Notes: generated from the sequence alone by a model not told the origin. A stretch of DNA of 64,000 nucleotides from an uncultured archaeon (GCA_938048735.1 CALIUM010000024.1:1478-65477); one strand, 5' to 3'; counted from the first letter of the stretch, positions 19,750 through 32,477 are shown. Numbers and translations: made by a program.

Positions 19750-20274
19750 ATGTCCATCGATTATGAAAGGGTGAGGGAGATCAGGCGTAGAGCCCACGAG
19801 AATGACCGCTACAGCGGGTGCTCCCAGAGCGTCCTCCTAGCCCTTCAGGAGGGCCTAGGAATAGGAGGCCTCGAGTCCTTCAAGGCGGCCACCGCCCTCT
19901 CCGGAGGCGTTGCGAGAAGGGGGGAGACCTGCGGGGCCCTCATCGGGGGCCTGATGGCTTTAGGACTAGTCTGCGGAAGGGAGAGGATGGAGGAGACGGA
20001 GAAGTATGTGAGGGCTATGGAGCTGGCTGATAGGATATGTGGGGAGTTCCAGCTAAGGCTTGAGAGGGAGTTCAGCTTCAAAGACCCCTTGAGGTCAACC
20101 CTCTGCAGCGAGATACAGAGAAAGATCTACGGGAGATCCTTCGACCTGAGGAAAAAGGCGGAGAGGGACGCCTTCTTAGAGGCGGGGGGACATGGGGATA
20201 TGGGCTGTCTAAGGGTGTGTGGCATCGCGGCCGAGGTCGCCGCAGAGGCCCTCCTGAGGCTCATAGAACAATAA
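19750..20274 (+). CDS. C_GCAxxG_C_C family protein (putative redox-active)
   Basis: Signature ...C...GCAxxG (ETCGALIGG) with flanking Cys residues. Confidence 0.65.
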   Translation: MSIDYERVREIRRRAHENDRYSGCSQSVLLALQEGLGIGGLESFKAATALSGGVARRGETCGALIGGLMALGLVCGRERMEETEKYVRAMELADRICGEFQLRLEREFSFKDPLRSTLCSEIQRKIYGRSFDLRKKAERDAFLEAGGHGDMGCLRVCGIAAEVAAEALLRLIEQ

Positions 20275-20378
20275 ATCTCACTTTAATTCTTAATTTCAAG
20301 GCCAGGAATAGATCCTCCTCATTGAAGATTGAGATTAAGAGATTACAACCATACACACTCATGACATAATGAATAAAA

Positions 20379-20392
20379 CCTTTTTTTATTAT
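20379..20392. terminator. Oligo-T tract (T7), candidate archaeal terminator between convergent genes
   Basis: CCTTTTTTTATT in the 223-nt AT-rich convergent intergenic region. Confidence 0.3.
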
Positions 20393-20497
20393 AAAATAAT
20401 GGATGAAGGACTCTCAAAAATAAAGGAATAAATTAAAGGCTGGATGAGGGGAGGTGGAGGAGAAGATGCGGAAGGATTTGGAGGATTTTCACCTCGG

Positions 20498-23375
<2,878 letters not shown>

Positions 23376-23396
23376 TCCTTGAGGCCTCCCCTATCT

Positions 23397-23528
23397 TCAT
23401 CCTCCTGTGGCCCTGTTATATCCGACGCAGCACATGCAACCCGCGGACTCTCCACAGTATGGACACACACATCTACAGTCATCTATAGGACAGAGGCACC
23501 TTTCACAAAGAGGTATCTCAGGCATCAT
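23397..23528 (-). CDS. Cysteine-rich micro-protein (43 aa, 10 Cys) immediately upstream of korA
   Basis: Hand translation gives MMPEIPLCERCLCPIDDCRCVCPYCGESAGCMCCVGYNRATGG, with ATG at 23526-23528 and TGA at 23397-23399. It ends 21 nt before the korA GTG, with GGAGG in between. GATATAA lies about -33 upstream. It is below the 60-aa cutoff of the ORF track. Confidence 0.4.
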   Translation of the reverse strand: MMPEIPLCERCLCPIDDCRCVCPYCGESAGCMCCVGYNRATGG

Positions 23529-23661
23529 CGAAGTAATGAAAATCCCATTGGGCAAGTTATATCTTTCGATGATTTTGGGTATATATTTATTGTAAATTGA
23601 AAAGGTTTAAGTGTGAGGAAATAAAGTTTAGCTGACCTATCAGGGGTGCTTGAGGTTGCCG

Positions 23662-23859
23662 ATGGTGACCGTGGACCTTGATAAGTGCCAAGGATGTGGC
23701 ACCTGCGTGGATGTCTGTCCAATGGGTGTGTATGAGCTTATAGAGATGCCTGAGTATGGTGGGGAGAAGAAGGCAAAGCCGACAAGGATGGAAGACTGCA
23801 TCATGTGCCTATCATGTGTTAATTCATGTCCGAACCAAGCGATAACTGTAGAAGAATAG
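23662..23859 (+). CDS. 2x[4Fe-4S] ferredoxin
   Basis: MVTVDLDKCQGCGTCVDVCP ... CIMCLSCVNSCP. The real start is probably the internal ATG at 23662. Divergent from the Cys-rich-korAB operon. Confidence 0.85.
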   Translation: MVTVDLDKCQGCGTCVDVCPMGVYELIEMPEYGGEKKAKPTRMEDCIMCLSCVNSCPNQAITVEE

Positions 23860-23893
23860 GCCCTAATCTTTTTCTAATAAAATGAGAACTTTA

Positions 23894-24565
23894 CTACTTA
23901 ACTCGTACGGCTATGGCTCTAACGATATCGGCGGTATTCTCGCACCAATCTGCAATGGTTTCGAGGGCGTCGAAGAACATGTTGAGAAGGATGAGGGAGC
24001 CAGTCGTAAAACCTTCAAACTCCAGAGTAGCTATGTGGCTCCTAGCCACCCTATAGAGCTCATCTATCTCCTCCTCGAGGACCTCGACCTCATTGGCTAG
24101 GTTTAGAGCCTCCTTGGAGTTCTTCATCAGGGTGTTCACACAGCGGGAGAGGATCGATACGCAGTCGTTAGCCGCCCTACACATGTTCTGGGCGTCAACT
24201 TTCAAATCCCTAGGCGCCCTTGAGAAGGGTATAACGCTGAGGATCCTACCCGCCTCCCTAGACCAGTCCGCCACCCAGTCCACCGCTCTCACCAGCTCCA
24301 TCAGGTCCTGCCTCTCCTCTGGAAACATCTCGCTCCTGCTCAGCTCCTCGACCATGTCCCTCCTGAGGGTATCCGCCTTCATCTCCATCTGGGATAGGCT
24401 ATCGTAGAAAGCCTTGGCATCCTCGGTTCTTCCCTGCGCCGCGTTCTCAACCATGTTGTAGAGGTCGCTTACAGCTCTCTTGGTGAGCTCCAGATGCTCC
24501 TCAACCATCGAAAGGACCTTCTCACCCCTCCTAGGGGCGAACCACCCAAAAAGCCTTCTAGACAT
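23894..24565 (-). CDS. DUF47 (PhoU-like, phosphate-transport-regulator-related) protein
   Basis: 223 aa helical protein. DUF47 typically accompanies PiT or Na/Pi transporters. Confidence 0.7.
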   Translation of the reverse strand: MSRRLFGWFAPRRGEKVLSMVEEHLELTKRAVSDLYNMVENAAQGRTEDAKAFYDSLSQMEMKADTLRRDMVEELSRSEMFPEERQDLMELVRAVDWVADWSREAGRILSVIPFSRAPRDLKVDAQNMCRAANDCVSILSRCVNTLMKNSKEALNLANEVEVLEEEIDELYRVARSHIATLEFEGFTTGSLILLNMFFDALETIADWCENTADIVRAIAVRVK

Positions 24566-24745
24566 ATCCGCCTGCTCGATTATGGTATCAGGCTTAAATT
24601 TAATGCTTTATCACCCTTAAGAAATTTCCTGCCATAAAGATCATCTTCGAAGTAACAAGCTCTCGGTAAATGTTCTTCGTCCCAGGACACAGGGGGATAT
24701 CCAAGCCTAATCGATGAGGTGTTTAGCCTGAGTGAGAGGCTCCTA

Positions 24746-25669
24746 TCATCTTCGAAGAAGATAATAGGAGATTATAAGGATGGGGATAAGGTGGTAGGTG
24801 CCTATAAATAGAAGGGACCTCCAGGGCGAGGACGAGACCTCATTCGAGACCCGTCTCACCAGTCCACTGAAATGCTTCATAAGTGGGAGAAAGATAAGGG
24901 CTCCCACCAAGTTATTCGAGAGGTGGACGAGCCAGACGCCAAGGGCGGCTGGATCCCCCGTGGCAAAGGCCGCTATCATAACATCGAAAACAGTTCCTAT
25001 GTTTGCTCCTAGAACGTAGGGTAGGATATAATGCTCTGGCCCGATGACGCCGCTGGCCGCCAATGGCACGAGGAGGGATACCATCACCGTGGTGCTTGGA
25101 ACCAGTATCGTGAAGATGAACCCTGCGATGAAGGCCCTCAGAGGCTTCATAAAGGTCGCCCTGATGAGGTTCCATGATCTCGGCATGTTGAAGGTTGCGG
25201 TCATATAGTGCTCGAAGGCCCACAGGGATGCTAGTAGAATAAAGCATCCAAAGATGATCCCCAGCCATCCGGGAATAAAACCCATTAAGAGGTCGACCCA
25301 GGGCGTGATCAATTCTAGAATATCTGGTATGAGGCTGAGCCAGGAGGCTTTAACAAATATCCCCTTTCCAGCCTCAGCTATCCTTGTGAAAACTCCGAGG
25401 GAGAGTTCCAAGAAGTAGAATAAAATGAGGGTCAGTAGGTTATAGAGGAAATGGGTCATGGAGACGTTAAAGCTGGCGGATAGCTGGCTCCTCCTCCTTA
25501 TGTAGCCCAGTATAGATATGGTTAAGGGTGTAACCGTGGTTCCAACCTCAGCCCCTAGTATCGTTGCCACAGCCAATCTAAGGGGGATCACCCCTGCGGA
25601 TACGAAGGCCACTATTATGGAGTCAAAGGCCCCACTGCTATGTAATAGAGCTGTTGACAACCAGCCCAC
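24746..25669 (-). CDS. Na+/Pi-cotransporter II-related membrane protein (short, no PhoU tail)
   Basis: Two copies of the family motif GAxxGTT (ILGAEVGTTVT and VLGANIGTVFD). About 8 TM helices. Confidence 0.6.
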   Translation of the reverse strand: MGWLSTALLHSSGAFDSIIVAFVSAGVIPLRLAVATILGAEVGTTVTPLTISILGYIRRRSQLSASFNVSMTHFLYNLLTLILFYFLELSLGVFTRIAEAGKGIFVKASWLSLIPDILELITPWVDLLMGFIPGWLGIIFGCFILLASLWAFEHYMTATFNMPRSWNLIRATFMKPLRAFIAGFIFTILVPSTTVMVSLLVPLAASGVIGPEHYILPYVLGANIGTVFDVMIAAFATGDPAALGVWLVHLSNNLVGALIFLPLMKHFSGLVRRVSNEVSSSPWRSLLFIGTYHLIPILIISYYLLRR

Positions 25670-26055
25670 GAAGACCCCGCTTGTTGTGTCCCTTACGAGG
25701 AAGAGGAGGGCCTCCGCAAGGGATCTGCCTAAACCTACGGCTGAGGACTTTATGAGAACTATTTGAGGAGACGAAAAAATATGCCGATAAGATGACGAAT
25801 ATTGATGTTTTATATCTCGCCTCCAAAGTTTTTCAACTTACATTGATGGAAGGATATTTAAATCTTTTTATAGAATATATATAATTTATGTTTCTCTATA
25901 TAGATTTTTGAGAACAAATAAAATCGAGAAGGCTAAAACTTAAAATGAACCTTAGGTAAGGCAACTTTAAAGATGTCGATATTAAGGTAAATGTCAAGCA
26001 TCTCATAAACCAGCACAGTTAAATCTAAAAACAGGTTTGTTCATCGGGATAAGGG

Positions 26056-26637
26056 TTGAGGCCTCTACGGGAAGGAGTGGTTTACTATGATGGGATACTC
26101 TCCCCCATAGGGGAGATCTGGATCGCCGGCTCCGAGAAGGGCCTATTAAAGATAGATCTCCTCGTATCAGAGGAGCAATTCCTCGCTGATTTGAGGAAGA
26201 TCACCTCATCCAAGCCTATTAGGGATGCCAGGAGGTTCACCAAGATAGAAGGGATGCTTGATGAGTATTTTAGAGGGAATAAGGTAATCTTCGACATCCC
26301 ACTGGATCTCAATGGGACAGAATTTCAAAAGGATGTGTGGAGGGCCATCTATAAGGTCCCCTTTGGGAGGCTCTCATCATACGGTAGGATAGCCGAGGAG
26401 ATCGGAAGGCCTAAAGCGGTAAGGGCTGTTGGAGACGCGGTTGGAGCCAACCCATTACCCATAGTGATACCATGCCATAGGATAATCAGAGCTGATGGAG
26501 GGCTGGGGGGCTATGGAGGAGGAATTGATCTTAAACTCTATCTGCTGTCCATCGAAGGAATCATTGAGATGGGACATGGGTGGTCAAAGAGAAGGGCAAA
26601 GAGTATTCTAAAAATGTCGGATAATCCATCGTTCTAA
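26056..26637 (+). CDS. ogt: Methylated-DNA--protein-cysteine methyltransferase
   Basis: Active site PCHRII and C-terminal HTH. Confidence 0.85.
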   Translation: MRPLREGVVYYDGILSPIGEIWIAGSEKGLLKIDLLVSEEQFLADLRKITSSKPIRDARRFTKIEGMLDEYFRGNKVIFDIPLDLNGTEFQKDVWRAIYKVPFGRLSSYGRIAEEIGRPKAVRAVGDAVGANPLPIVIPCHRIIRADGGLGGYGGGIDLKLYLLSIEGIIEMGHGWSKRRAKSILKMSDNPSF

Positions 26638-26718
26638 TCATAGAGCTTAAAATCATTTGCAAATTCTGACTATAATTGTTCATGATGGATTATTATAGTA
26701 ATTCGTTTTGAGGGCGCG

Positions 26719-27888
26719 ATGGTTTTAATAAAACCACAATCTCTTAAGGAGAATGAAATGAAGCCCTTGGAGGGAATTAGGGTTCTAGATCTCACCCACG
26801 CACATGCGGGGCCCATATGCACCCTGTACCTAGCGGCGATGGGGGCCGAGGTCTTGAAGATAGAGCCCCCTTGGGGTGAGATGACGAGGGCCTTCCCACC
26901 CCTTGTTAAGGATATAAGCCCCTACTTCTCCTTCCTCAACAGGAACAAGAAGGGGATAACCCTGAACCTGAAGACACCAAGGGGTTTGGAGATCTTCAAG
27001 GAGTTGGTAAGGAAGGCCGATGTCGTCGTCGAGAACTTCTCCCCGGGAACGATGGAGGAGCTTGGACTTGGATGGGAGACCCTTAAAACCCTCAACCCCG
27101 GAATAATATATGCCTCCATCTCCGGCTTCGGCCATACGGGGCCTTGGTCAAAGAGGCGTAGCTTCGATGCGATAGCGCAGGCTGCGAGTGGCTATATGTG
27201 GCTGATGAGGGAGAGCGTAAACCCAGATGGCCCCCCTCTCCTGGCCCCGGAGGCGATCGCCGACACCATTCCAGGCCTAACAGCACTGGCCGGGATACTC
27301 TCCGCCCTCATAAAACGCTCAAAGACTGGGTATGGGGACAGGGTAGATGTGGCCCAGATGGACTCGATGATAGCGGTGCTTCAGAGCATAGGGTTCTGGA
27401 CGATGGCTGGAACAACCTTCAAGAAGGCCTTATCCATGTATGACATTCAGGTCTCCGGCTGTCATAGAACCAGAGATGGATATGTGATGATAAGCATACC
27501 GCCTGGTAGGATGGAGGAGAAGCTCAAGGAGGCCATTGGGCTTGATGAGTTGACATGGGAGGGCGTCGCGGGATGGATGGCTGAGAGGAGCAGGGATGAG
27601 GTAGTGGAGCTCCTCTCGAGGGCTGGGATACCGGTGGCGCCAGTCCTCAACCTCGAGGAAGTTTTAACAAATGAACAAGCCCTAGCTAGGGAGATGATTG
27701 TGAAGCTTTATAGCCCGAACCTTGGAGATTTAACCCTGCCGGGATTCCCCATAAAATTCCTCGAGGCCGAGGGAGATCTGAGAAAACCCGCACCAGCACT
27801 AGGCGAGCATAACAAAGAGGTTTACTGCGAGTTCCTCGGAATCTCCGAAGCCGAACTCGAGGAGCTTAGGAGGGAGGGCATCATCTAG
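26719..27888 (+). CDS. CoA-transferase family III (CaiB/BaiF) protein
   Basis: LEGIRVLDLTHAHAGP N-terminus and catalytic Asp region. Likely start at MKPLEG (26758). Confidence 0.85.
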   Translation: MVLIKPQSLKENEMKPLEGIRVLDLTHAHAGPICTLYLAAMGAEVLKIEPPWGEMTRAFPPLVKDISPYFSFLNRNKKGITLNLKTPRGLEIFKELVRKADVVVENFSPGTMEELGLGWETLKTLNPGIIYASISGFGHTGPWSKRRSFDAIAQAASGYMWLMRESVNPDGPPLLAPEAIADTIPGLTALAGILSALIKRSKTGYGDRVDVAQMDSMIAVLQSIGFWTMAGTTFKKALSMYDIQVSGCHRTRDGYVMISIPPGRMEEKLKEAIGLDELTWEGVAGWMAERSRDEVVELLSRAGIPVAPVLNLEEVLTNEQALAREMIVKLYSPNLGDLTLPGFPIKFLEAEGDLRKPAPALGEHNKEVYCEFLGISEAELEELRREGII

Positions 27889-27953
27889 CGACTCCCAACT
27901 TTATCCGCCAGAATTTCATGGAATTATTAAAAGAGCTAAATTAGATATGATGG

Positions 27954-28484
27954 ATGAGGAACTTGGATAAGAGGAAGTACCTCCTTACGGGCCCCCCTGG
28001 ATCTGGTAAGTCTACGGTCATTATGAGATGTGTAGGTCTTTTACGTATGGAGGGGTTGAGGATTGGAGGGATATCCACCCCTGAGCTCCGCGAGAAGGGG
28101 AGGAGGATCGGATTCAAGATAGTCGACCTCGCCTCAGGTAGAGAGGCCATCATGGCAGGGGTTGATATCCCCTCCATCCATAGGGTTGGAAGGTATGGGG
28201 TGGATGTCACTGCCTTCGAGTCGGTAGCACTGCCAGCCCTGGATGGCGCAGAGAAGAGGTTCGACGTAGTCTTTATCGACGAGATAGGTAGGATGGAGCT
28301 CTATTCAAACCTTTTTAGTAGGAGGATCATCGAACTCCTCACAGGTCCAGTGACCCTAATAGCGGTTGTCCACAGAGACTATGCAGATCTCTACGGGAAA
28401 TACGGGGCCCTCTTCTGGGTCTCCCAAGAGAATAGGGATGCGCTTCCCTTGAGCTTGGCCTCGCAGGTATTGCGATTCCCCTGA
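27954..28484 (+). CDS. Nucleoside-triphosphatase THEP1 family (MJ1559-like NTPase)
   Basis: P-loop LTGPPGSGKST and Walker B VVFIDEIG. Confidence 0.8.
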   Translation: MRNLDKRKYLLTGPPGSGKSTVIMRCVGLLRMEGLRIGGISTPELREKGRRIGFKIVDLASGREAIMAGVDIPSIHRVGRYGVDVTAFESVALPALDGAEKRFDVVFIDEIGRMELYSNLFSRRIIELLTGPVTLIAVVHRDYADLYGKYGALFWVSQENRDALPLSLASQVLRFP

Positions 28485-28496
28485 GGTGGAGGAGTA

Positions 28497-29156
28497 TTGA
28501 GAACCCTTATAGCGGGGGTGGATGAGGCGGGCAGAGGCTGTGTGATAGGCCCCCTTATAGTGGCTGGGGTTATGATGGAGGAGGATAGAATCGAGAGTCT
28601 CAAGCTGCTGGGCGTGAGGGACTCGAAGCTCCTCTCTCCGAAGAAGCGTGAACGCCTGAGGTGGGAGATCGAGGCCATAGCCTCGAGTTGCGCATATTTC
28701 GAGATACCTCCCCACGCCATTGACAGGATTGTGGAGGGAGGAGTGAAGCTGCGCAGGCTTAACTATCTTGAGGCTTTGGCGATGGCAAGGGTGATAGACG
28801 AGCTTAGACCGGATCTGGTCTATGTCGACTCTTCAGACGTGGATACCTCAAGGCTAGCCCACCAGATCCTCAGGGTCATGAGATGGAAGCCCCAGATATT
28901 CTGTGAGCATAATGCCGACAAGGTTCACCCCATCGTCTCGGCTGCCTCTATCCTCGCGAAGGTTAGAAGGGATAGAATTATAGAGGAGCTTAGGAGAAGC
29001 CATGGAGACTTCGGCTCTGGATACCCAAGCGACAAAAAGACTATAGAGTTTCTTAAGAAAACCCTGTTGGAGGGTGCAGAACTACCTCACTTTATTAGGA
29101 GATCTTGGAAGACGGTCAAGAGGCTCTCGATGCATCCTAGCCTAGCTATGGAATGA
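28497..29156 (+). CDS. rnhB: Ribonuclease HII
   Basis: IAGVDEAGRGCVIGPLV N-terminus and DSK catalytic residues. Confidence 0.9.
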   Translation: MRTLIAGVDEAGRGCVIGPLIVAGVMMEEDRIESLKLLGVRDSKLLSPKKRERLRWEIEAIASSCAYFEIPPHAIDRIVEGGVKLRRLNYLEALAMARVIDELRPDLVYVDSSDVDTSRLAHQILRVMRWKPQIFCEHNADKVHPIVSAASILAKVRRDRIIEELRRSHGDFGSGYPSDKKTIEFLKKTLLEGAELPHFIRRSWKTVKRLSMHPSLAME

Positions 29157-29831
29157 GGCCACAACCATGGCGTGATCCTTTTCATAGGGATCTAATTCAA
29201 CGACCTCCAATACTTCGAATCCTCTACTCTCAATCTCCTCTATCTCCGCTTTATATACCTCTTCCGGGGGCCTAGTGACATCTATGCTCCTAGATTTGAT
29301 GGCTAATAATGCCCACCCGCTTGGTTTGAGGTAGAACTCCGCATTCCTATGGAGGATTCTCGACTGGTCTGGCTGAGCCACATCAGCGTAGATCAGGTCG
29401 ACGATGGGCACCAGAGGTGAGTAGGCCTCTGGGTTCCTTGCATCTCCTAGGATAGGTGAGATATTCCTCCTATAGGATGCTAGTTTCTCTATGAGGTCTC
29501 TCAGAGGCCGGGGTGCGAAGTCTACCCCCCAGATGTGGCCTCCATCTCCGACGATGTCTGAGATGTGGGAGCAGGTTGTTCCGGATGCCACACCCAGATA
29601 GAGGATCTTCATCCCCCTGGAGATGGGCATGTTCTTCAATCCCCTCAAAATGGCGGCGGCGAGCTTACTCCTGAAGGGACTCCAAGCCCTGTACTCAACA
29701 TCTCCAACCCTTATGAGCTGCTCTCCATAAACATCGATCCCAGGGGTTAGATTGATAGTCGCCAGGAGCCTCCTATCCTCCATGAGAATCTCAAATACAC
29801 CTTGAAATAGTTCGTGTATCTCTATTCCCAT
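29142..29831 (-). CDS. flpA: Fibrillarin, rRNA/tRNA 2'-O-methyltransferase
   Basis: KILYLGVASGTTCSHISD SAM motif. Nop5 lies upstream. Confidence 0.95.
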   Translation of the reverse strand: MGIEIHELFQGVFEILMEDRRLLATINLTPGIDVYGEQLIRVGDVEYRAWSPFRSKLAAAILRGLKNMPISRGMKILYLGVASGTTCSHISDIVGDGGHIWGVDFAPRPLRDLIEKLASYRRNISPILGDARNPEAYSPLVPIVDLIYADVAQPDQSRILHRNAEFYLKPSGWALLAIKSRSIDVTRPPEEVYKAEIEEIESRGFEVLEVVELDPYEKDHAMVVASFHS

Positions 29832-29861
29832 CCTCTTCCTCCGTGGTTTGGCCCTCTAGGC

Positions 29862-30110
29862 TCACCGAACCTCAACATCGGATTCCATGAGCCTCTCCTG
29901 CTCCACTGCCAGCTTCTGGAGCCAGGTCATGGGCCTCCTCAGCTCCCCCACCATCTTAGCGAAGTACTGGCAGTTGACGTACCCCGGTGTATTACAGATC
30001 CTCGTGAAATAGTCCCTTGTAACCTGGTTCTCACAGCTGTAGAGATAGGGGCAATCTGACCTCCTGAACATCTCATGCGAAGCCTCGGGATATGCCGTCA
30101 CACCGCTCAC
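29862..30110 (-). CDS. Hypothetical 82-aa protein with 4 Cys, inserted between nop5 and flpA
   Basis: SDCPYLYSCENQ ... ICNTPGYVNCQYF. About 200 nt of AT-rich sequence separate it from the nop5 stop, and 30 nt from the flpA start. No family recognised. Confidence 0.35.
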   Translation of the reverse strand: MSGVTAYPEASHEMFRRSDCPYLYSCENQVTRDYFTRICNTPGYVNCQYFAKMVGELRRPMTWLQKLAVEQERLMESDVEVR

Positions 30111-30310
30111 CTCGAGGTTTATCGTTTATAGGATGGACTACCTAGTATGTAAACCTTTCAGTCCCCCACCCAACAGAGAGAATCAGCGTTGAATAAACGG
30201 CTTTTATAATATCCATATCACCGACCAATTCTCAAAAAAATTGCAATAATGAACACGACCCACGGAATAATATTTCACTTCTGGTTTAAATAGATCTCCA
30301 TCTTAAAATC

Positions 30311-31507
30311 TCAAAATACATCCACCTTTGATAATCCTCGCTTTTTACGATGGATTTTTAACCCCTCTAATCTCGCCTCCAGCTTTCTCTTAAGCTCTTC
30401 TCCGATATACTTTCCAGTGAGGGCGTCCGCTCTAGCGGCGACTGCAAGTTGGGATGCCAGAATCCTCGCCAAGCTTCCCCTCATCTTCCTTGGGGAGTTG
30501 TGCACGATTGGATGTTGAAATATGAGGCCGTGCTTAGGGGGCTTCGACCTGGTCTTCAAGGCACGGAACATTGCCTTCTCAGCTCCCAGAAGCTGGATCG
30601 TGCCGGAGGGCATCATCGAAAGCCTCTTAAGCCCCCCGGCCTTCTTTATCAGCCTCGCTGCGAGGATGGGCCCTGCAAGCTCTGAAAGGTTAGGGGCCAC
30701 CTCCAATGTCGTCTTCATTACGTACTTCTCAAGCTCCTTCCTATACCCGTAAAGGCCTTTGAGGTGTAAGGCCAGCCTTCTCACGGGCTCAACATCCTCC
30801 TCCGACATATGCGCCCCGATCGAGGCTGAGGAAGCTTTAGAGATCTCAATCCTAACCCTCTCATCAAGATTTATACTCTCTGGGATTTCCATCATCAGTG
30901 TTCTATCGCCTAATTCTCCGAGGATTGTGGAGTAGGTTTCATGATCCTCGATGATCCTGCCAAGCTCGGGGAAGTGGAGGCCATACCACTCCCTCAGCTT
31001 CCCAGAGAGGATGTTTAAGGCCCTGTCAAGCCCCTCCAATGTCTGGATTGCCTTGATTATGATGGCCTCCCTATCAGATAAGGCCTTACCAACATCCCTC
31101 CTAGCCAGGATAAGCGAGATCTCCCTGTTCATCTCATAGAGCTGGGAAGCTTCTCTCACGAGGCCACTCTCCAGTGCTATCCTCTCTAGATTCAGGCGGA
31201 GATATCTGCAGGCCTTAGAGTTCTCGAGGAACTCCGCCTCCACCCCCCCCTTCCCCCTCGCGCCCTCCGCCAAGGCCCTGTTTGAGAAGATGAACCTCGT
31301 ATACCCTTTTTCTAAAAGCCTTCTAATCATCTCGATGGCCTCCTCCGTCAGCTCCCCCTTCCTCTGCCGGTCTATGGTTTCTGCGATCTCCTCAAGACTC
31401 CCCTTGTAAAGGATCCTCTCTATGATCCCATTATTCTCATCTATCCCGAATAGTCCGATGATGGATTCAACTATATAGATCCGGCGGGCTGAGCCTTCCT
31501 TCCTCAT
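30311..31507 (-). CDS. nop5: C/D box sRNP protein Nop5 (Nop56/58)
   Basis: NOP domain (GAEKAMFRALKT ... HGLIFQHP) and coiled-coil region. Confidence 0.9.
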   Translation of the reverse strand: MRKEGSARRIYIVESIIGLFGIDENNGIIERILYKGSLEEIAETIDRQRKGELTEEAIEMIRRLLEKGYTRFIFSNRALAEGARGKGGVEAEFLENSKACRYLRLNLERIALESGLVREASQLYEMNREISLILARRDVGKALSDREAIIIKAIQTLEGLDRALNILSGKLREWYGLHFPELGRIIEDHETYSTILGELGDRTLMMEIPESINLDERVRIEISKASSASIGAHMSEEDVEPVRRLALHLKGLYGYRKELEKYVMKTTLEVAPNLSELAGPILAARLIKKAGGLKRLSMMPSGTIQLLGAEKAMFRALKTRSKPPKHGLIFQHPIVHNSPRKMRGSLARILASQLAVAARADALTGKYIGEELKRKLEARLEGLKIHRKKRGLSKVDVF

Positions 31508-31550
31508 ATCACATATCCCTGAAGGTTTATCCAGAGCCCTCTCCCAATAT

Positions 31551-32477
31551 TTGAGAACGATGTCTCAATTAAACTTAGCAGTGGAGATAGGGGGACTTAA
31601 GTTAAGGAATCCTCTAATGAACGCCGCCGGGATCCTTGGCCTATCAGCAAACCTATTAAAGAGGGTCTATGAGGGTGGAGCGGGGGGGGTCGTCACAAAG
31701 AGCATCGGGCTCCATCCCAGGAGGGGCCACTCAAACCCAACCTTGGTGGTCGTCGAGGGGGGAGTCCTGAACTCTATGGGCCTGCCAAACCCGGGCGCCA
31801 CATACTTCGCTAACGAGGTGAAGAAGCTCAAGGGGATGGGGATACCGGTTATAGCAAGCATATTCGGCTCGTCTCGGGAGGAGTTCGTAGAGGTCGCGAG
31901 GATCCTAGCCGAAGGTGGGGCGGATGCCCTGGAACTAAACTATAGCTGTCCCACTGTTGGGGGGGAGAGGTGCCTCCTAGACGCCGACCCAGAAAACATA
32001 GAGAGAGTCACCTCAGCCGTCAAGGACGCCGTCGATCTACCAATCTTCGTGAAGCTATCTCCAAACGTTGGGGATATATTGGAGTGCGCATGGGCATCTG
32101 AGAGGGGGGGAGCGGATGCGATAACGGCCGTAAACACCTTAAAGGGTTTGGCAATAGATGTGGAGCTGAGGAGGCCGATCCTATCGAACATAGTTGGAGG
32201 CTTATCTGGACCCGCTCTAAAGCCAGTCGCCCTGAGATGTGTCTGGGAGATCACCGAGGAGGTTGAAATTCCCGTGATAGGATGCGGAGGCATCTCGACC
32301 TGGAGGGACGCCGTAGAGTTTCTCCTATGCGGCGCCAATGCCGTACAGATAGGCACAGCGATAATGTATAGGGGGCTCGAGGTCTTTGGGGAGATCCTGG
32401 AAGGAGTGAAGGGATACCTCGAAGGTAATGGCTTTAGGGATGTGAACGAGATTGTCGGACTTGCCCATAAGGCCTGA
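31551..32477 (+). CDS. pyrD: Dihydroorotate dehydrogenase catalytic subunit (class 1B)
   Basis: NAAGILG ... NxSCPN pattern. Confidence 0.9.
   Translation: MRTMSQLNLAVEIGGLKLRNPLMNAAGILGLSANLLKRVYEGGAGGVVTKSIGLHPRRGHSNPTLVVVEGGVLNSMGLPNPGATYFANEVKKLKGMGIPVIASIFGSSREEFVEVARILAEGGADALELNYSCPTVGGERCLLDADPENIERVTSAVKDAVDLPIFVKLSPNVGDILECAWASERGGADAITAVNTLKGLAIDVELRRPILSNIVGGLSGPALKPVALRCVWEITEEVEIPVIGCGGISTWRDAVEFLLCGANAVQIGTAIMYRGLEVFGEILEGVKGYLEGNGFRDVNEIVGLAHKA

Noticed and set aside
30111-30310. Possible C/D-box sRNA in the nop5-proximal spacer
   Set aside because: I could not find a convincing RUGAUGA/CUGA box pair at sRNA spacing on either strand. Left as a suggestion under the nop5/flpA finding only.
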